A stretch of DNA of 32,000 nt, from contig NZ_CP157942.1 in the NCBI RefSeq assembly GCF_040207875.1, positions 1,492,001 to 1,524,000 of the forward strand, read 5' to 3'. Below the pieces are notes generated by a model, which was given only the letters and a program-made list of their open reading frames with translations, did no database searches and was not told the origin of the DNA. The stretch comes from Wolbachia endosymbiont of Armadillidium arcangelii. GTDB taxonomy: Bacteria > Pseudomonadota > Alphaproteobacteria > Rickettsiales > Anaplasmataceae. Shown here one piece after another: positions 19,666-28,985 of this stretch; position 1 is the first letter of the stretch; every line of letters begins with the position of its first letter. Both the position numbers and the translations under genes were made by a program.

Positions 19666-22230
19666 TTAAGACATGTTCTTAGAATCCGCCATGTTTAAGT
19701 CATAATTAAGAGCCCAGTTATCACTAATTTTTACTTCTACTTCAAGTGGTATAGTAATTTTTACTGCATTCTCCATTATGTCTTTCATAAGTTTCGCTGT
19801 TTCTTGTACTCTGACTTCCTCAACTTCTACAAGCAATTCATCGTGCACTTGCAGGATTATTTTACCTGATTTTAGCTGATCAAAAAGCTGAATCATCGCA
19901 CGTTTTATTATATCAGCGGCAGTTCCTTGCAGTGGTGCATTTATCGCTGCCCTTTCTGCAAATTGTCTTAGATAAGGAATTTTATTGTTTATGTCCTTTA
20001 TAAAGCATCTTCTACCAAACAAAGTCTCTATATAACCATGCTGTCTCGCGATAGATACTGCTTTTTCCATATAGACCTTTATCTCTGGGTAACAGGAAAA
20101 GTAGTAATTAATATATTCAGCAGCTTCCGCAATGGTAATTCCAAGCCGCTTTGCAAGGCCAAATGGACTAATGCCATATATAATTCCAAAATTAATGGAT
20201 TTTGCTTTGCGTCTTAATTGTTCATCTATTTCTTGCACTCCAAAAACTTGTCTTGCGGTGATATCATGAATATCTTGCCTGTTTGCAAAAGCTTCTTTAA
20301 ATGCTGCAACGTTTGCAACGTGTGCCAGGAGTCTTAGTTCTACTTGTGAATAGTCAGCAGAGATTATCTTGCATCCTTTTGGCACAATAAATGCTTGTCT
20401 GATGAAATTTCCTTCTTCGCTTCTGATAGGAATATTCTGCAAGTTAGGATTGCTTGAGCTCAGCCTTCCAGTTGCAGTTATAGTTATCGAAAAGTTTGTG
20501 TGTATCCTACCATCAAGAGGATCAACCTGTTTTATTAATGCATCAGTGTAGGTGCCCTTTAATTTACTTAGGTGTCGCCAACTTAAAATTTTACTTGCAA
20601 TTTCTACCCCTTCTTCTTCAAGCGCCTCTAGCACTTCATAATTGGTGCTGTACGATCCAGATTTTGACTTTTTCTTTTTACTCAACCCCATTTTATTAAA
20701 TAAAACATCACTTAATTGTTTTGGTGATGCAATGTTGAATTTTTCCCCTGCCAAGTCGTATATATCGTTCTCAAGTACAGTGATTAGCTGTTGAAACTTA
20801 TCAGACAATTCCTGTAGTTTTTGAATATTGAGCAGTATTCCATTTTTCTCCATATCAAATATTACTTTCATGAGAGGCCTGTCAAAGCGTTCGTAAATCG
20901 TAAAAAGTTTTTCCTGAAATAATCTTCGTGTCAGTTTCTCATGGATCGCTATTAAAGTTTTTGCCGAGAAAGTTTCTACATTTTCACTCAAATTATGTGC
21001 AACTATGTTTGGAATGCTGTGATCATGCTTCCCTGTGTCAAGGCTATATGACATGATCATCAAGTCATCAATTGAGTCTAGCACTTTCTCTATTGTAGGG
21101 AATGTTTCTCTGATCTTTCTAATATCATGTATTATTTTAAGCACCCCATTTGAAAATAAAGTTGAATTTATTATAGTGAGTGCATCTTGTAGATAGTTTT
21201 GATCTATGTAGAAAATATTATCTTCATTGCAAGATAAGGAGATTTTTTTTAACGCGTTGTTTTCAAAGTGGCAATGAACTGCAACTTTGCCTTCATATCT
21301 GCAGTGCTCTAAAAATTTCTCTAACTTTTCACTGCTATACTCTGTTTCCTCTTTTGTGCTAGACCCATTATAAGAAAAAAGCTTTTCCACTTTTCCTATC
21401 AATGAATTAAATTCATACTTCTTTAAAAAGGATAACAATTTTTCCATATTTGGAGGATGGATTTCGTATTTTGCAACGTCATGCTGAAGATCTACTCTTT
21501 CGCATAATGATAAAAGCTTTCTTGAAATGAGTGCTTTTTCCTGATGTTCAGTAAGAATATTACGAACTCTTGTTTGTTCGATATTATCAATGTTCTCTAT
21601 AATATTATTCAGCGAATCAAATTCATCCAGCAATTTAGCTGCAGTTTTTGGGCCTATCCCTGGGACACCTGGAATGTTATCAGATGCATCTCCAGTTAGA
21701 GAAAATAAATCAAGAAGCTTGTTTGAATTTACACCAAATTTTTCTATTACCTGTTTTTCATCTATGTATATATTTTTAATGGGATCAAATATCAAAATAT
21801 TGTAATTCAAAAGTTGAAATAAATCTTTATCTGAGGAAACTACTACCACCTTAAAGTCTTGATGATTGGTATATTTTGCAGCTAGTGTTGCAATTATGTC
21901 ATCTGCTTCATAACCCTCAATCTCTTCATAGCTGAGGTTAAAAGCTTCTACAGCTTCCCTCAGTATGGTAAACTGTGGAATTAGATTCTCAGGAGGCGTT
22001 ACTCTGTTTGCTTTGTACTTAGTATATAAATCGTGCCTAAAGTTTTTTTTTCCTGAATCAAGTGCTATAGTTAAGTAGTCCGAATGGGAAATATACTTCA
22101 GAACCATATTAAGAAAGCCGTACACAGCACCTATTGGAATACCGGTTGTGGTAGTTAAATGATGCAAAACGTAATAAGCTCTGAAAAGAAAGCTGTAACC
22201 ATCAATGATTGTGAAAGTTTTTTCTTTCAT
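19666..22230 (-). CDS. polA: DNA polymerase I
   Basis: 5' nuclease domain (DGYSFLFRAYYVLHHL, EADDIIATLA, VSSDKDLFQL, TGDASDNIPGVPGIGPKTA) and polymerase domain (SADYSQVELRLLAH, RRKAKSINFGIIYGISPFGLA, QVHDELLVEV). Confidence 0.97.
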   Translation of the reverse strand: MKEKTFTIIDGYSFLFRAYYVLHHLTTTTGIPIGAVYGFLNMVLKYISHSDYLTIALDSGKKNFRHDLYTKYKANRVTPPENLIPQFTILREAVEAFNLSYEEIEGYEADDIIATLAAKYTNHQDFKVVVVSSDKDLFQLLNYNILIFDPIKNIYIDEKQVIEKFGVNSNKLLDLFSLTGDASDNIPGVPGIGPKTAAKLLDEFDSLNNIIENIDNIEQTRVRNILTEHQEKALISRKLLSLCERVDLQHDVAKYEIHPPNMEKLLSFLKKYEFNSLIGKVEKLFSYNGSSTKEETEYSSEKLEKFLEHCRYEGKVAVHCHFENNALKKISLSCNEDNIFYIDQNYLQDALTIINSTLFSNGVLKIIHDIRKIRETFPTIEKVLDSIDDLMIMSYSLDTGKHDHSIPNIVAHNLSENVETFSAKTLIAIHEKLTRRLFQEKLFTIYERFDRPLMKVIFDMEKNGILLNIQKLQELSDKFQQLITVLENDIYDLAGEKFNIASPKQLSDVLFNKMGLSKKKKSKSGSYSTNYEVLEALEEEGVEIASKILSWRHLSKLKGTYTDALIKQVDPLDGRIHTNFSITITATGRLSSSNPNLQNIPIRSEEGNFIRQAFIVPKGCKIISADYSQVELRLLAHVANVAAFKEAFANRQDIHDITARQVFGVQEIDEQLRRKAKSINFGIIYGISPFGLAKRLGITIAEAAEYINYYFSCYPEIKVYMEKAVSIARQHGYIETLFGRRCFIKDINNKIPYLRQFAERAAINAPLQGTAADIIKRAMIQLFDQLKSGKIILQVHDELLVEVEEVRVQETAKLMKDIMENAVKITIPLEVEVKISDNWALNYDLNMADSKNMS

Positions 22231-22351
22231 TGTAGATATTTATGTGTGCCTTTGATGGTCTATTATTTAGCTACAAAAATCAAATTCTTGTTTCCTATAG
22301 CTAAAGATTCAAATTATAATCACTATTTTATAGTTACTATAAGAAAACATA

Positions 22352-23818
22352 TTACATAAGAGAGTTAATTATTCTGCCGCAATTTTGCTCTATCACACTA
22401 GCTATATTTAATATTCCAGCTTCATCATAATAATTTCCAATTACTTGCAAAGCAAGGGGCAAACCCTCATTGGAGAGCCCAACAGGAACAGAAATAGCAG
22501 GCAATCCTGCCAGACTCGCTGGCACAGTAAACACATCATTAATGCACATCATTAGCGGATCTGGCTTTTCATTTAAGCCAAAAGCTTCTGTTGGAGCAGA
22601 TGGTACAAGTATATAATCTATTTTTTCAAATGCTTTTATGAAATCATTTCTGATTAGCGCCCTAATGCACTGCGCTTTTTCGTAATACTCATTGTAATGA
22701 CCTGAAGAAAGCGCATAAGCACCAATTAAAATTCTCCTTTTTACCTCTTTACCAAAACCTTCTGCTCTTGTTAACGAATACATTTCCTCAAGGGTGTCAG
22801 CATCAACCCTAAATCCATAACGTACACCATCATAACGAGCTAGATTAGATGAAGTTTCAGCAGAACAAATTAAATAGTAGACTGGTATTGCATGTTTAGT
22901 ATAAGGCAGAGCAATGTCAATAACTTCAGCACCATTTTCTTTTAAATAGGAAGTAACTTTTTCCCAATTATGGACTATTTCCTCTGAAATTCCATCCATC
23001 CTATATTCTTTTGGTATACCAATGCGCTTACCCTTGATATCGCCATTTACAAAATTGGAAAATTTAGGTACTGGCATTTCGCTTGATGTTGAGTCTTTTT
23101 CATCATAGCCACAAATCGCTTCCAGCATTAATGCTGAATCAGAAACAGAACGAGTAATTACTCCTGCTTGATCGAGAGAGCTTGCAAATGCAATCATACC
23201 AAAACGCGAACACCTTCCATAAGTTGGCTTTATTCCCACTACTCCGCAATAAGCTGCTGGTTGACGTACAGATCCACCAGTATCACTTCCTAGTGCTCCA
23301 GCACATAAAAACCCAGCAACTGATGCTGCAGATCCACCAGAAGATCCACCGGGAACAACCTTTTCTCCATCGCTTTTTCTAATCCATACATTTTCAACAG
23401 GACCAAAATAGCTATTTGTGTTCGCAGAACCCATAGCAAACTCATCCATATTAAGTTTACCGAGAATGGCTGCTCCATTTTTTAAAAGTAAGTCAGACAC
23501 CGTAGATTCATAAGTTGGAACAAAATTTTCCAGCATTTTTGAACATGCTGTTGTTTTTATCCCTTTTGTACAGAATAAATCTTTAACACCAACTGGTATG
23601 CCCATAAGTGGTGAGATATTATCTTTTTGTTTCAAGAAGTATTCATCTGCTATTTTAGCGGCTTTTATCGCGATTTCTGGGGTTTTTGTTACAAATGCAT
23701 TTAGTTGCTCATTTTCGACTGCATTAACATGCGTCTCTACAAGCTCAACAGCAGAAAAATCTCTCCGCCTAAGTCCATCATGCATCTCTGTAATACTTAA
23801 CCTTCTCAATTCATTCAT
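22352..23818 (-). CDS. gatA: Asp-tRNA(Asn)/Glu-tRNA(Gln) amidotransferase subunit A
   Basis: GIPVGVKDLFCTKG, VVPGGSSGGSAASVAGFLCAGALGSDTGGSVRQPAAYCGVVGIKPTYGRCSRFG amidase signature. Confidence 0.97.
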   Translation of the reverse strand: MNELRRLSITEMHDGLRRRDFSAVELVETHVNAVENEQLNAFVTKTPEIAIKAAKIADEYFLKQKDNISPLMGIPVGVKDLFCTKGIKTTACSKMLENFVPTYESTVSDLLLKNGAAILGKLNMDEFAMGSANTNSYFGPVENVWIRKSDGEKVVPGGSSGGSAASVAGFLCAGALGSDTGGSVRQPAAYCGVVGIKPTYGRCSRFGMIAFASSLDQAGVITRSVSDSALMLEAICGYDEKDSTSSEMPVPKFSNFVNGDIKGKRIGIPKEYRMDGISEEIVHNWEKVTSYLKENGAEVIDIALPYTKHAIPVYYLICSAETSSNLARYDGVRYGFRVDADTLEEMYSLTRAEGFGKEVKRRILIGAYALSSGHYNEYYEKAQCIRALIRNDFIKAFEKIDYILVPSAPTEAFGLNEKPDPLMMCINDVFTVPASLAGLPAISVPVGLSNEGLPLALQVIGNYYDEAGILNIASVIEQNCGRIINSLM

Positions 23819-24011
23819 TAATATTCAATTCTAGCGAGGTATTAATTATAACAACAGTAGGGCAGAAAATCTATATATTTATGATCGAAAATAGGAATAC
23901 AATCAAGATCAATTCAGATTTCTAAAATGAACTGATTAGTAGTACGTTTTAAATGTTGTGTTGGCACACAATGCTGGAATCACAAGCCATAAGGGTTTAG
24001 CGTTTCTAAAA

Positions 24012-26384
24012 TCAAATATCAACATCATGTACGTTAAGTGCATTGTTATTTATAAAGTCACGACGTGGTTCAACTATATCACCCATCAGCACAGAAAATA
24101 TGCTATCTGCTTCCTCATAATCTTTTATTTCAACTTTTAGCAGAGTTCTAGTTTCTGGATTGAGTGTAGTTTCCCAAAGCTGATCAGCATTCATCTCACC
24201 AAGGCCTTTAAATCTCTGCAGAGTTAAACCTTTTTTACCGCAATCCATTACTATTTTTGCAAGTGCACTTGGAGACTTTATTTTTATTTCAGTTTCTTGC
24301 GACTTTAAAAATGAATCACCATTAAATAAGTCAATTATGTTATCAAGAGAACTCAATATATTCTGTATTTCTTTGCTTTCAAGCATGCTAAGCGAGAATA
24401 CATATTTGTCTGCTAATCCTTGAAACAATTTAGCAATGTGAATTTCTTCATCTTTTACTTCTACTTCCCAATTATATTCACTATACATCAATTTTAAATA
24501 TTTTAATATCTCATCAGCAGACAATAGAGCATTCTTTTTGCTTAAAATTAGCAATGATTCTAAGAGATCTTGTGGTATTTCCCTATCATAATTTTTGCTA
24601 ATGTTTGAAATACTGAGGCACTTATTCAAAACGAAACGCAAGTCTTTGCCTATACCATTTAATGTTAATCTTTTAATCGCTGAATTTACTATATACTCTT
24701 CAAAAGTTTCGTCATCTTTAATATGAGTATCTTTGGCATTTTTTGTAACTTTATAGAGCGGTGGCTGCGCTATATATAAATATCCTTTTTCAATTACTTC
24801 GCGCATATGTCTAAAAAAGAAAGTTAGAATCAAAGTTCTTATATGTGAGCCATCAACGTCTGCGTCTGTCATAATGATAATTTTATGATACCTAGTTTTT
24901 TCAATATCGAAGTGCTCACTCCCTATTCCAGCCCCAATTGCCGTGATCAGAGAGCCAATTTCTGCAGATGAAAAAATACGATCCAATCCTGCACGTTCTA
25001 CGTTTAGAATTTTCCCTCTTAATGCAAGTACTGCCTGTGTTTTACGATTACGTCCCTGCTTTGCAGTACCACCTGCGGAATTACCCTCTACTATAAACAA
25101 TTCCGATAACTCAGGAACTTTTTCCTGACAATCGGCAAGCTTTCCAGGTAGAGTTGCGATATCAATATTATTTTTATTTTTAACTAACTCTCGTGCTTTT
25201 CTTGCTGCTTCTCTTCCTTTTGCTGATCTAATCGCTCTTTCTACTATACTTGTTGCTAACTTGGGGTCAGTTTCAAGTATTGTACTTAATTTGTCAAAAA
25301 CTATACTCTCTACAACTGTCCGCGCTTCAGAACTGACCAATTTATCTTTTGTCTGTGAAGAAAATTTAGGATCAGGCATTTTGAGAGATAAAACACAAGT
25401 TAAGCCTTCTCTAACGTCTTCTCCGGTCAAATTCACTTTTGCTTTCTTCAAAAACCCTTCATTGGTTGCATAGTTATTGATACATCTGGTTAGTGCAGAT
25501 CTAAACCCTGCCAAATGCGTACCGCCATCCCTTTGTCTTATGTTGTTTGTGAAGCACAGCATATTCTCATAGTAAGAATCATTCCACTCCATCGATATTT
25601 CTACACTGGTGCCTAGATTTTTCACATCATCTCTAATGCTGGCAATTTTAGTAATGTGTGTCTTGTTTTTATCTAAGTACCGTACAAAATTTGCTGTGCC
25701 GAAATTATCTTCAGACTGTTTACTATCGTTAAAGTGAGACTCCACATATGGTTTATTACGTAAATCACACAAAGTAATCTTGATATTTGAATTTAAAAAT
25801 GCTAATTCTCTGATGCGACTCTCAAGAGTAGAGTAACTAAAATCGACACCGTTAAAAGTCTCTGTTGATGGCATGAATGTCACTCTAGTTCCTCTTTTGT
25901 TTGTGTTTTCATTCACTACTTTTAAGGATTCAATGGACTCACCATCTTCAAAGCGTATAAAGTGTTCTTTCTTGTTGCGCCAGATAGTTAATTCCAGCCA
26001 GCTTGATAATGCATTTACAACCGAGATTCCAACACCATGTAATCCACCGGAAACTTTATAGGTATTATTATCAAACTTACCACCAGCATGAAGTTGAGTC
26101 ATTATTACTTCTGCTGCCGATATTCCTTCTTCTTCATGAATATCAGTTGGAATGCCACGACCGTTATCAGTTACAGATACTGATCCATCTTCATTTATGC
26201 TAACTTCAATTTTATCACAATATCCAGCTAAAGACTCATCTATCGCATTATCAACAACCTCATACACCATATGGTGCAAACCAGATCCATCATCAGTATC
26301 ACCAATGTACATACCTGGACGCTTTCTTACAGCATCAAGACCTCTTAGGATTTTTATTGCGTCAGCGTTGTAATTACTTTCCAT
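24012..26384 (-). CDS. gyrB: DNA gyrase subunit B
   Basis: RKRPGMYIGDTDDGSGLHHMVYEVVDNAIDESLAGYC, GGLHGVGISVVNALS, ELFIVEGNSAGGTAKQGRNRKTQAVLALRGKILNVE, IIMTDADVDGSHIRTLILTFFFR, QRFKGLGEMNADQLWETTLNP. Confidence 0.97.
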   Translation of the reverse strand: MESNYNADAIKILRGLDAVRKRPGMYIGDTDDGSGLHHMVYEVVDNAIDESLAGYCDKIEVSINEDGSVSVTDNGRGIPTDIHEEEGISAAEVIMTQLHAGGKFDNNTYKVSGGLHGVGISVVNALSSWLELTIWRNKKEHFIRFEDGESIESLKVVNENTNKRGTRVTFMPSTETFNGVDFSYSTLESRIRELAFLNSNIKITLCDLRNKPYVESHFNDSKQSEDNFGTANFVRYLDKNKTHITKIASIRDDVKNLGTSVEISMEWNDSYYENMLCFTNNIRQRDGGTHLAGFRSALTRCINNYATNEGFLKKAKVNLTGEDVREGLTCVLSLKMPDPKFSSQTKDKLVSSEARTVVESIVFDKLSTILETDPKLATSIVERAIRSAKGREAARKARELVKNKNNIDIATLPGKLADCQEKVPELSELFIVEGNSAGGTAKQGRNRKTQAVLALRGKILNVERAGLDRIFSSAEIGSLITAIGAGIGSEHFDIEKTRYHKIIIMTDADVDGSHIRTLILTFFFRHMREVIEKGYLYIAQPPLYKVTKNAKDTHIKDDETFEEYIVNSAIKRLTLNGIGKDLRFVLNKCLSISNISKNYDREIPQDLLESLLILSKKNALLSADEILKYLKLMYSEYNWEVEVKDEEIHIAKLFQGLADKYVFSLSMLESKEIQNILSSLDNIIDLFNGDSFLKSQETEIKIKSPSALAKIVMDCGKKGLTLQRFKGLGEMNADQLWETTLNPETRTLLKVEIKDYEEADSIFSVLMGDIVEPRRDFINNNALNVHDVDI

Positions 26385-26557
26385 GGAATTGCTTTATTTA
26401 TAAATGTTAATTAATATTACATTTGTATACAACGATTAGCAAGATTTTAAAACTGAAAGAAGTATCTTTGGTTGTGGTATATAGGTAAAATATACTACAC
26501 TACCTACATGAAACCCTGCTTTATATTTCAAGACGTATAACTACAGTGAGGTATAAT

Positions 26558-27016
26558 TTACCTTTCCCTTTTGCTTAGACTTTCCAAATTAACACAGGAT
26601 AGATTACTCATACACTCTTCTAATATTTCATCCTTTTTATCGTTGTTTAGTTTACTGCTGAACTCCTGACACCTTCTCTCGACAGCTGAATGCGTAGTCA
26701 TAATATACCTTACCGTTTCAGATGATAACTCTGGTAACTTATTACGGATCCTTCCTTGTTCTAGTTCAGAGAAATTGCTAAAATTGGCTCTGGCCATTTC
26801 AGGGAATTTTTGCGTAATCGTTTCTCTTATCATTGCTCTAGCTTCTTCTTCATCTAGTGTAATAACTACTAATGGATGCAAATCAGATAAAGACTCAAAC
26901 AGTTTATTGTATGTTCCACCTGCACAATTTTGACCTTGAGTACCGTAAGTTGTTGCAGCGTCTACAAGACCCTTTACAAACATATCTTTTCTATTTTTTA
27001 TGTCTTCACCATTCAA
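26558..27016 (-). CDS. Hypothetical protein; TTG start; possible 3' half of a split gene
   Basis: 152 aa ORF whose first codon (TTG, 27016-27014) overlaps the stop of the upstream ORF (27015-27013). Confidence 0.55.
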   Translation of the reverse strand: MNGEDIKNRKDMFVKGLVDAATTYGTQGQNCAGGTYNKLFESLSDLHPLVVITLDEEEARAMIRETITQKFPEMARANFSNFSELEQGRIRNKLPELSSETVRYIMTTHSAVERRCQEFSSKLNNDKKDEILEECMSNLSCVNLESLSKRER

Positions 27017-27786
27017 AGGGATTCTTTGATTTTCTGTTCATTTCTATCGTTGCAGGCTTTCCAACATAAAACAGCTGCCTGCTTTAGTGTTAGCTTACTA
27101 TGATTGTCTTTAAAATTATCTCCTGTTCTATTGATAAATCTTAAGCATTCAAGTGCATGAGATTTATCACCTTCTGTAAATTCACTTGACTGTTTGATAT
27201 ACTCTTCAATGTCGTTTGTGTTGCCTCTATTTAGCTGTACATAGAATTCATCTTTGCTTAGATTCTCTTTATGCTTTTCTATGAGTCTATTAACACTCAA
27301 GTTTATACTAGCAACTGCACTTGGATCATGAGTAGTTTTTACAGCAAAAGGAAGGACATTAGTTAAACTATGGAAGAAAGGTATCTCTTCTTTTGGAATT
27401 TGTTGTATTAAACTATTAAGCTGCTGTACTCCTTCACGATTTAGCAGCCACAAGAACAACATAGGCAGCACTAAAAACATACAGGAAGGAATAATACATA
27501 CGATCAAAATAGTTGTTAATATTCCTCTAATGATATTTTTTAACCATGCTGACGACCTTTTTTCATTTTCTCCTGGTTTGAAAAAATAATTTACTAATAA
27601 TAAATATAAAAGGAATTGTATGATGAAAAGAAGCGGAGAAATCATACTTACTAATAAAACTATATTGATGAGCTTTTTAGTTTTACTAGTGTTGTTGTGA
27701 ACATTTTGCGCTTCTTCTATTAAATCCTGTGCCCTATTTCTATTTTGCTGTTGATTATTATTTTGACCTACAAACATAACACACAC
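27013..27786 (-). CDS. Hypothetical membrane protein
   Basis: 257 aa, two hydrophobic segments in the N-terminal half (LINIVLLVSMISPLLFIIQFLLYLLL; GILTTILIVCIIPSCMFLVLPMLFLWLL). Confidence 0.65.
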   Translation of the reverse strand: MCVMFVGQNNNQQQNRNRAQDLIEEAQNVHNNTSKTKKLINIVLLVSMISPLLFIIQFLLYLLLVNYFFKPGENEKRSSAWLKNIIRGILTTILIVCIIPSCMFLVLPMLFLWLLNREGVQQLNSLIQQIPKEEIPFFHSLTNVLPFAVKTTHDPSAVASINLSVNRLIEKHKENLSKDEFYVQLNRGNTNDIEEYIKQSSEFTEGDKSHALECLRFINRTGDNFKDNHSKLTLKQAAVLCWKACNDRNEQKIKESL

Positions 27787-27866
27787 CCCATTCTAATATT
27801 AATATGCTATGCTATAGAAAGCATGTAAATAAAGCAAGAAATTTATCAACTATCTGTGAGCTGCTT

Positions 27867-28066
27867 TTATTTTTGCTTGATTGGAGATTCTATCTTTGTG
27901 CTTTCTGCATTATTGAGAGTACTGCCTGTTTTTTGTGCAGCAATTTCTTGAATACCTTTCACAATAAAATACACTACTAGCGCTAAACCAAGAGTTATAA
28001 TAGTTAGCGTAACTAATGCTGCTAACTAAACTTTCATCTCTAAACCCGTTTTTGCTTTATTCTCTC
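27867..28066 (-). pseudogene. Orphaned 3' tail of the IS-interrupted ankyrin gene
   Basis: After removal of 28070..28985 and one TTA copy, the frame continues RENKAKTGLEMKV*LAALVTLTIITLGLALVVYFIVKGIQEIAAQKTGSTLNNAESTKIESPIKQK*. Confidence 0.6.
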
Positions 28067-28128
28067 TTAGAGGTTGTCCACAAATCAAGAAATAAGTAGT
28101 ATATAAAGGCAGAATATTGAGGTAAGAG

Positions 28129-28509
28129 ATGAGGAAAAAATATCCAACAGATTTAAGTAAAAGGGAATGGTCCCGAATAGAAAAACACTTCAGGGTATCG
28201 TATAAGAAAGGAGGAAGGCCGCCAAAATACAGTAAGTGTGAGATACTGAATGCAATTCTTTATGTACTGCGCACAGGATGTCAATGGCGCAATTTACCAC
28301 ACGATTTTCCGTTGTGGAAGGCTGTGCATGAACAGTTTAGAAGATGGAAAAAGCAGAGGATTTTTGAGAAAGTGAACTATGATATCACTAAATATAGTAG
28401 GTCAAAAATGGGAAGAAGTGAGGAGCCAAGCGCATGCATAGTGGATAGTCAATCGGTAAAAATCACGGAAAAAGGGGGGTCAAAGGTTATGATGGTGCAA
28501 AAAAAGTAA
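28129..28509 (+). CDS. IS5-family transposase, first ORF
   Basis: RKKYPTDLSKREWSRIEKHF...GGRPPKYSKCEILNAILYVLRTGCQWRNLPHDFPLWKAVHEQFRRW...ACIVDSQSVK. Confidence 0.88.
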   Translation: MRKKYPTDLSKREWSRIEKHFRVSYKKGGRPPKYSKCEILNAILYVLRTGCQWRNLPHDFPLWKAVHEQFRRWKKQRIFEKVNYDITKYSRSKMGRSEEPSACIVDSQSVKITEKGGSKVMMVQKK

Positions 28510-28550
28510 ATGGGAGAAAAAGACATATAATCACAGATACTCAAGGATTT

Positions 28551-28961
28551 GTGCTTGGTTGCTATGTAGGAGCTGCAAGCGAAAATGACAGAGATGGGGT
28601 GAAGATGGTATTGGACAATATGAAAGAAAAATACAGCAATATTAAGAAAATGTGGGCTGATATGGGGTACCAAGGAAAAGATTTAAAAACCCATATAGAG
28701 GAAGAACATGGGATAGATATTGAAATTGTGAAAAGACCTCCATGTAGGTTTTGGGTGCATAAAGATACACCACCAGAACTATTGCCACAACGGGATCCTG
28801 GATTTGCAGTACAACCGAGAAGGTGGGTGGTAGAGAGGACTTTTGCTTGGATCAATAGAAATAGAAGGCTATCAAAGGAGTACGATTTACTTACAACATC
28901 TACTGAAAGTTTCATATATCTGGCTATGAGTAAAGTTATGTTAAGTAGGGAATATGCTTGA
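28551..28961 (+). CDS. IS5-family transposase, second ORF; reading frame open upstream to about 28470 (-1 relative to the first ORF)
   Basis: Frame encodes KGYDGAKKVNGRKRHIITDTQGFVLG...WADMGYQG...RRWVVERTFAWINRNRRLSKEYD, supplying the second D and the E of the DDE triad. Confidence 0.88.
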   Translation: MLGCYVGAASENDRDGVKMVLDNMKEKYSNIKKMWADMGYQGKDLKTHIEEEHGIDIEIVKRPPCRFWVHKDTPPELLPQRDPGFAVQPRRWVVERTFAWINRNRRLSKEYDLLTTSTESFIYLAMSKVMLSREYA

Positions 28962-28985
28962 ATTTAATGGTTTGTGGACAACCTC

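Larger units (their letters stand above)
28070..28985 (+). mobile_element. Complete IS5-family element, ISWpi1-like by ORF layout, 916 bp
   Basis: Terminal inverted repeats GAGGTTGTCCACAAA(T/C)CA..., flanked by TTA direct repeats (28067-28069 and 28986-28988), two transposase ORFs between. Confidence 0.85.

Noticed and set aside
28562-28915. 117 aa antisense ORF inside the IS, plus a 74 aa one at 28449..28673
   Set aside because: Mirror of the transposase reading frame; typical artefact opposite a conserved ORF
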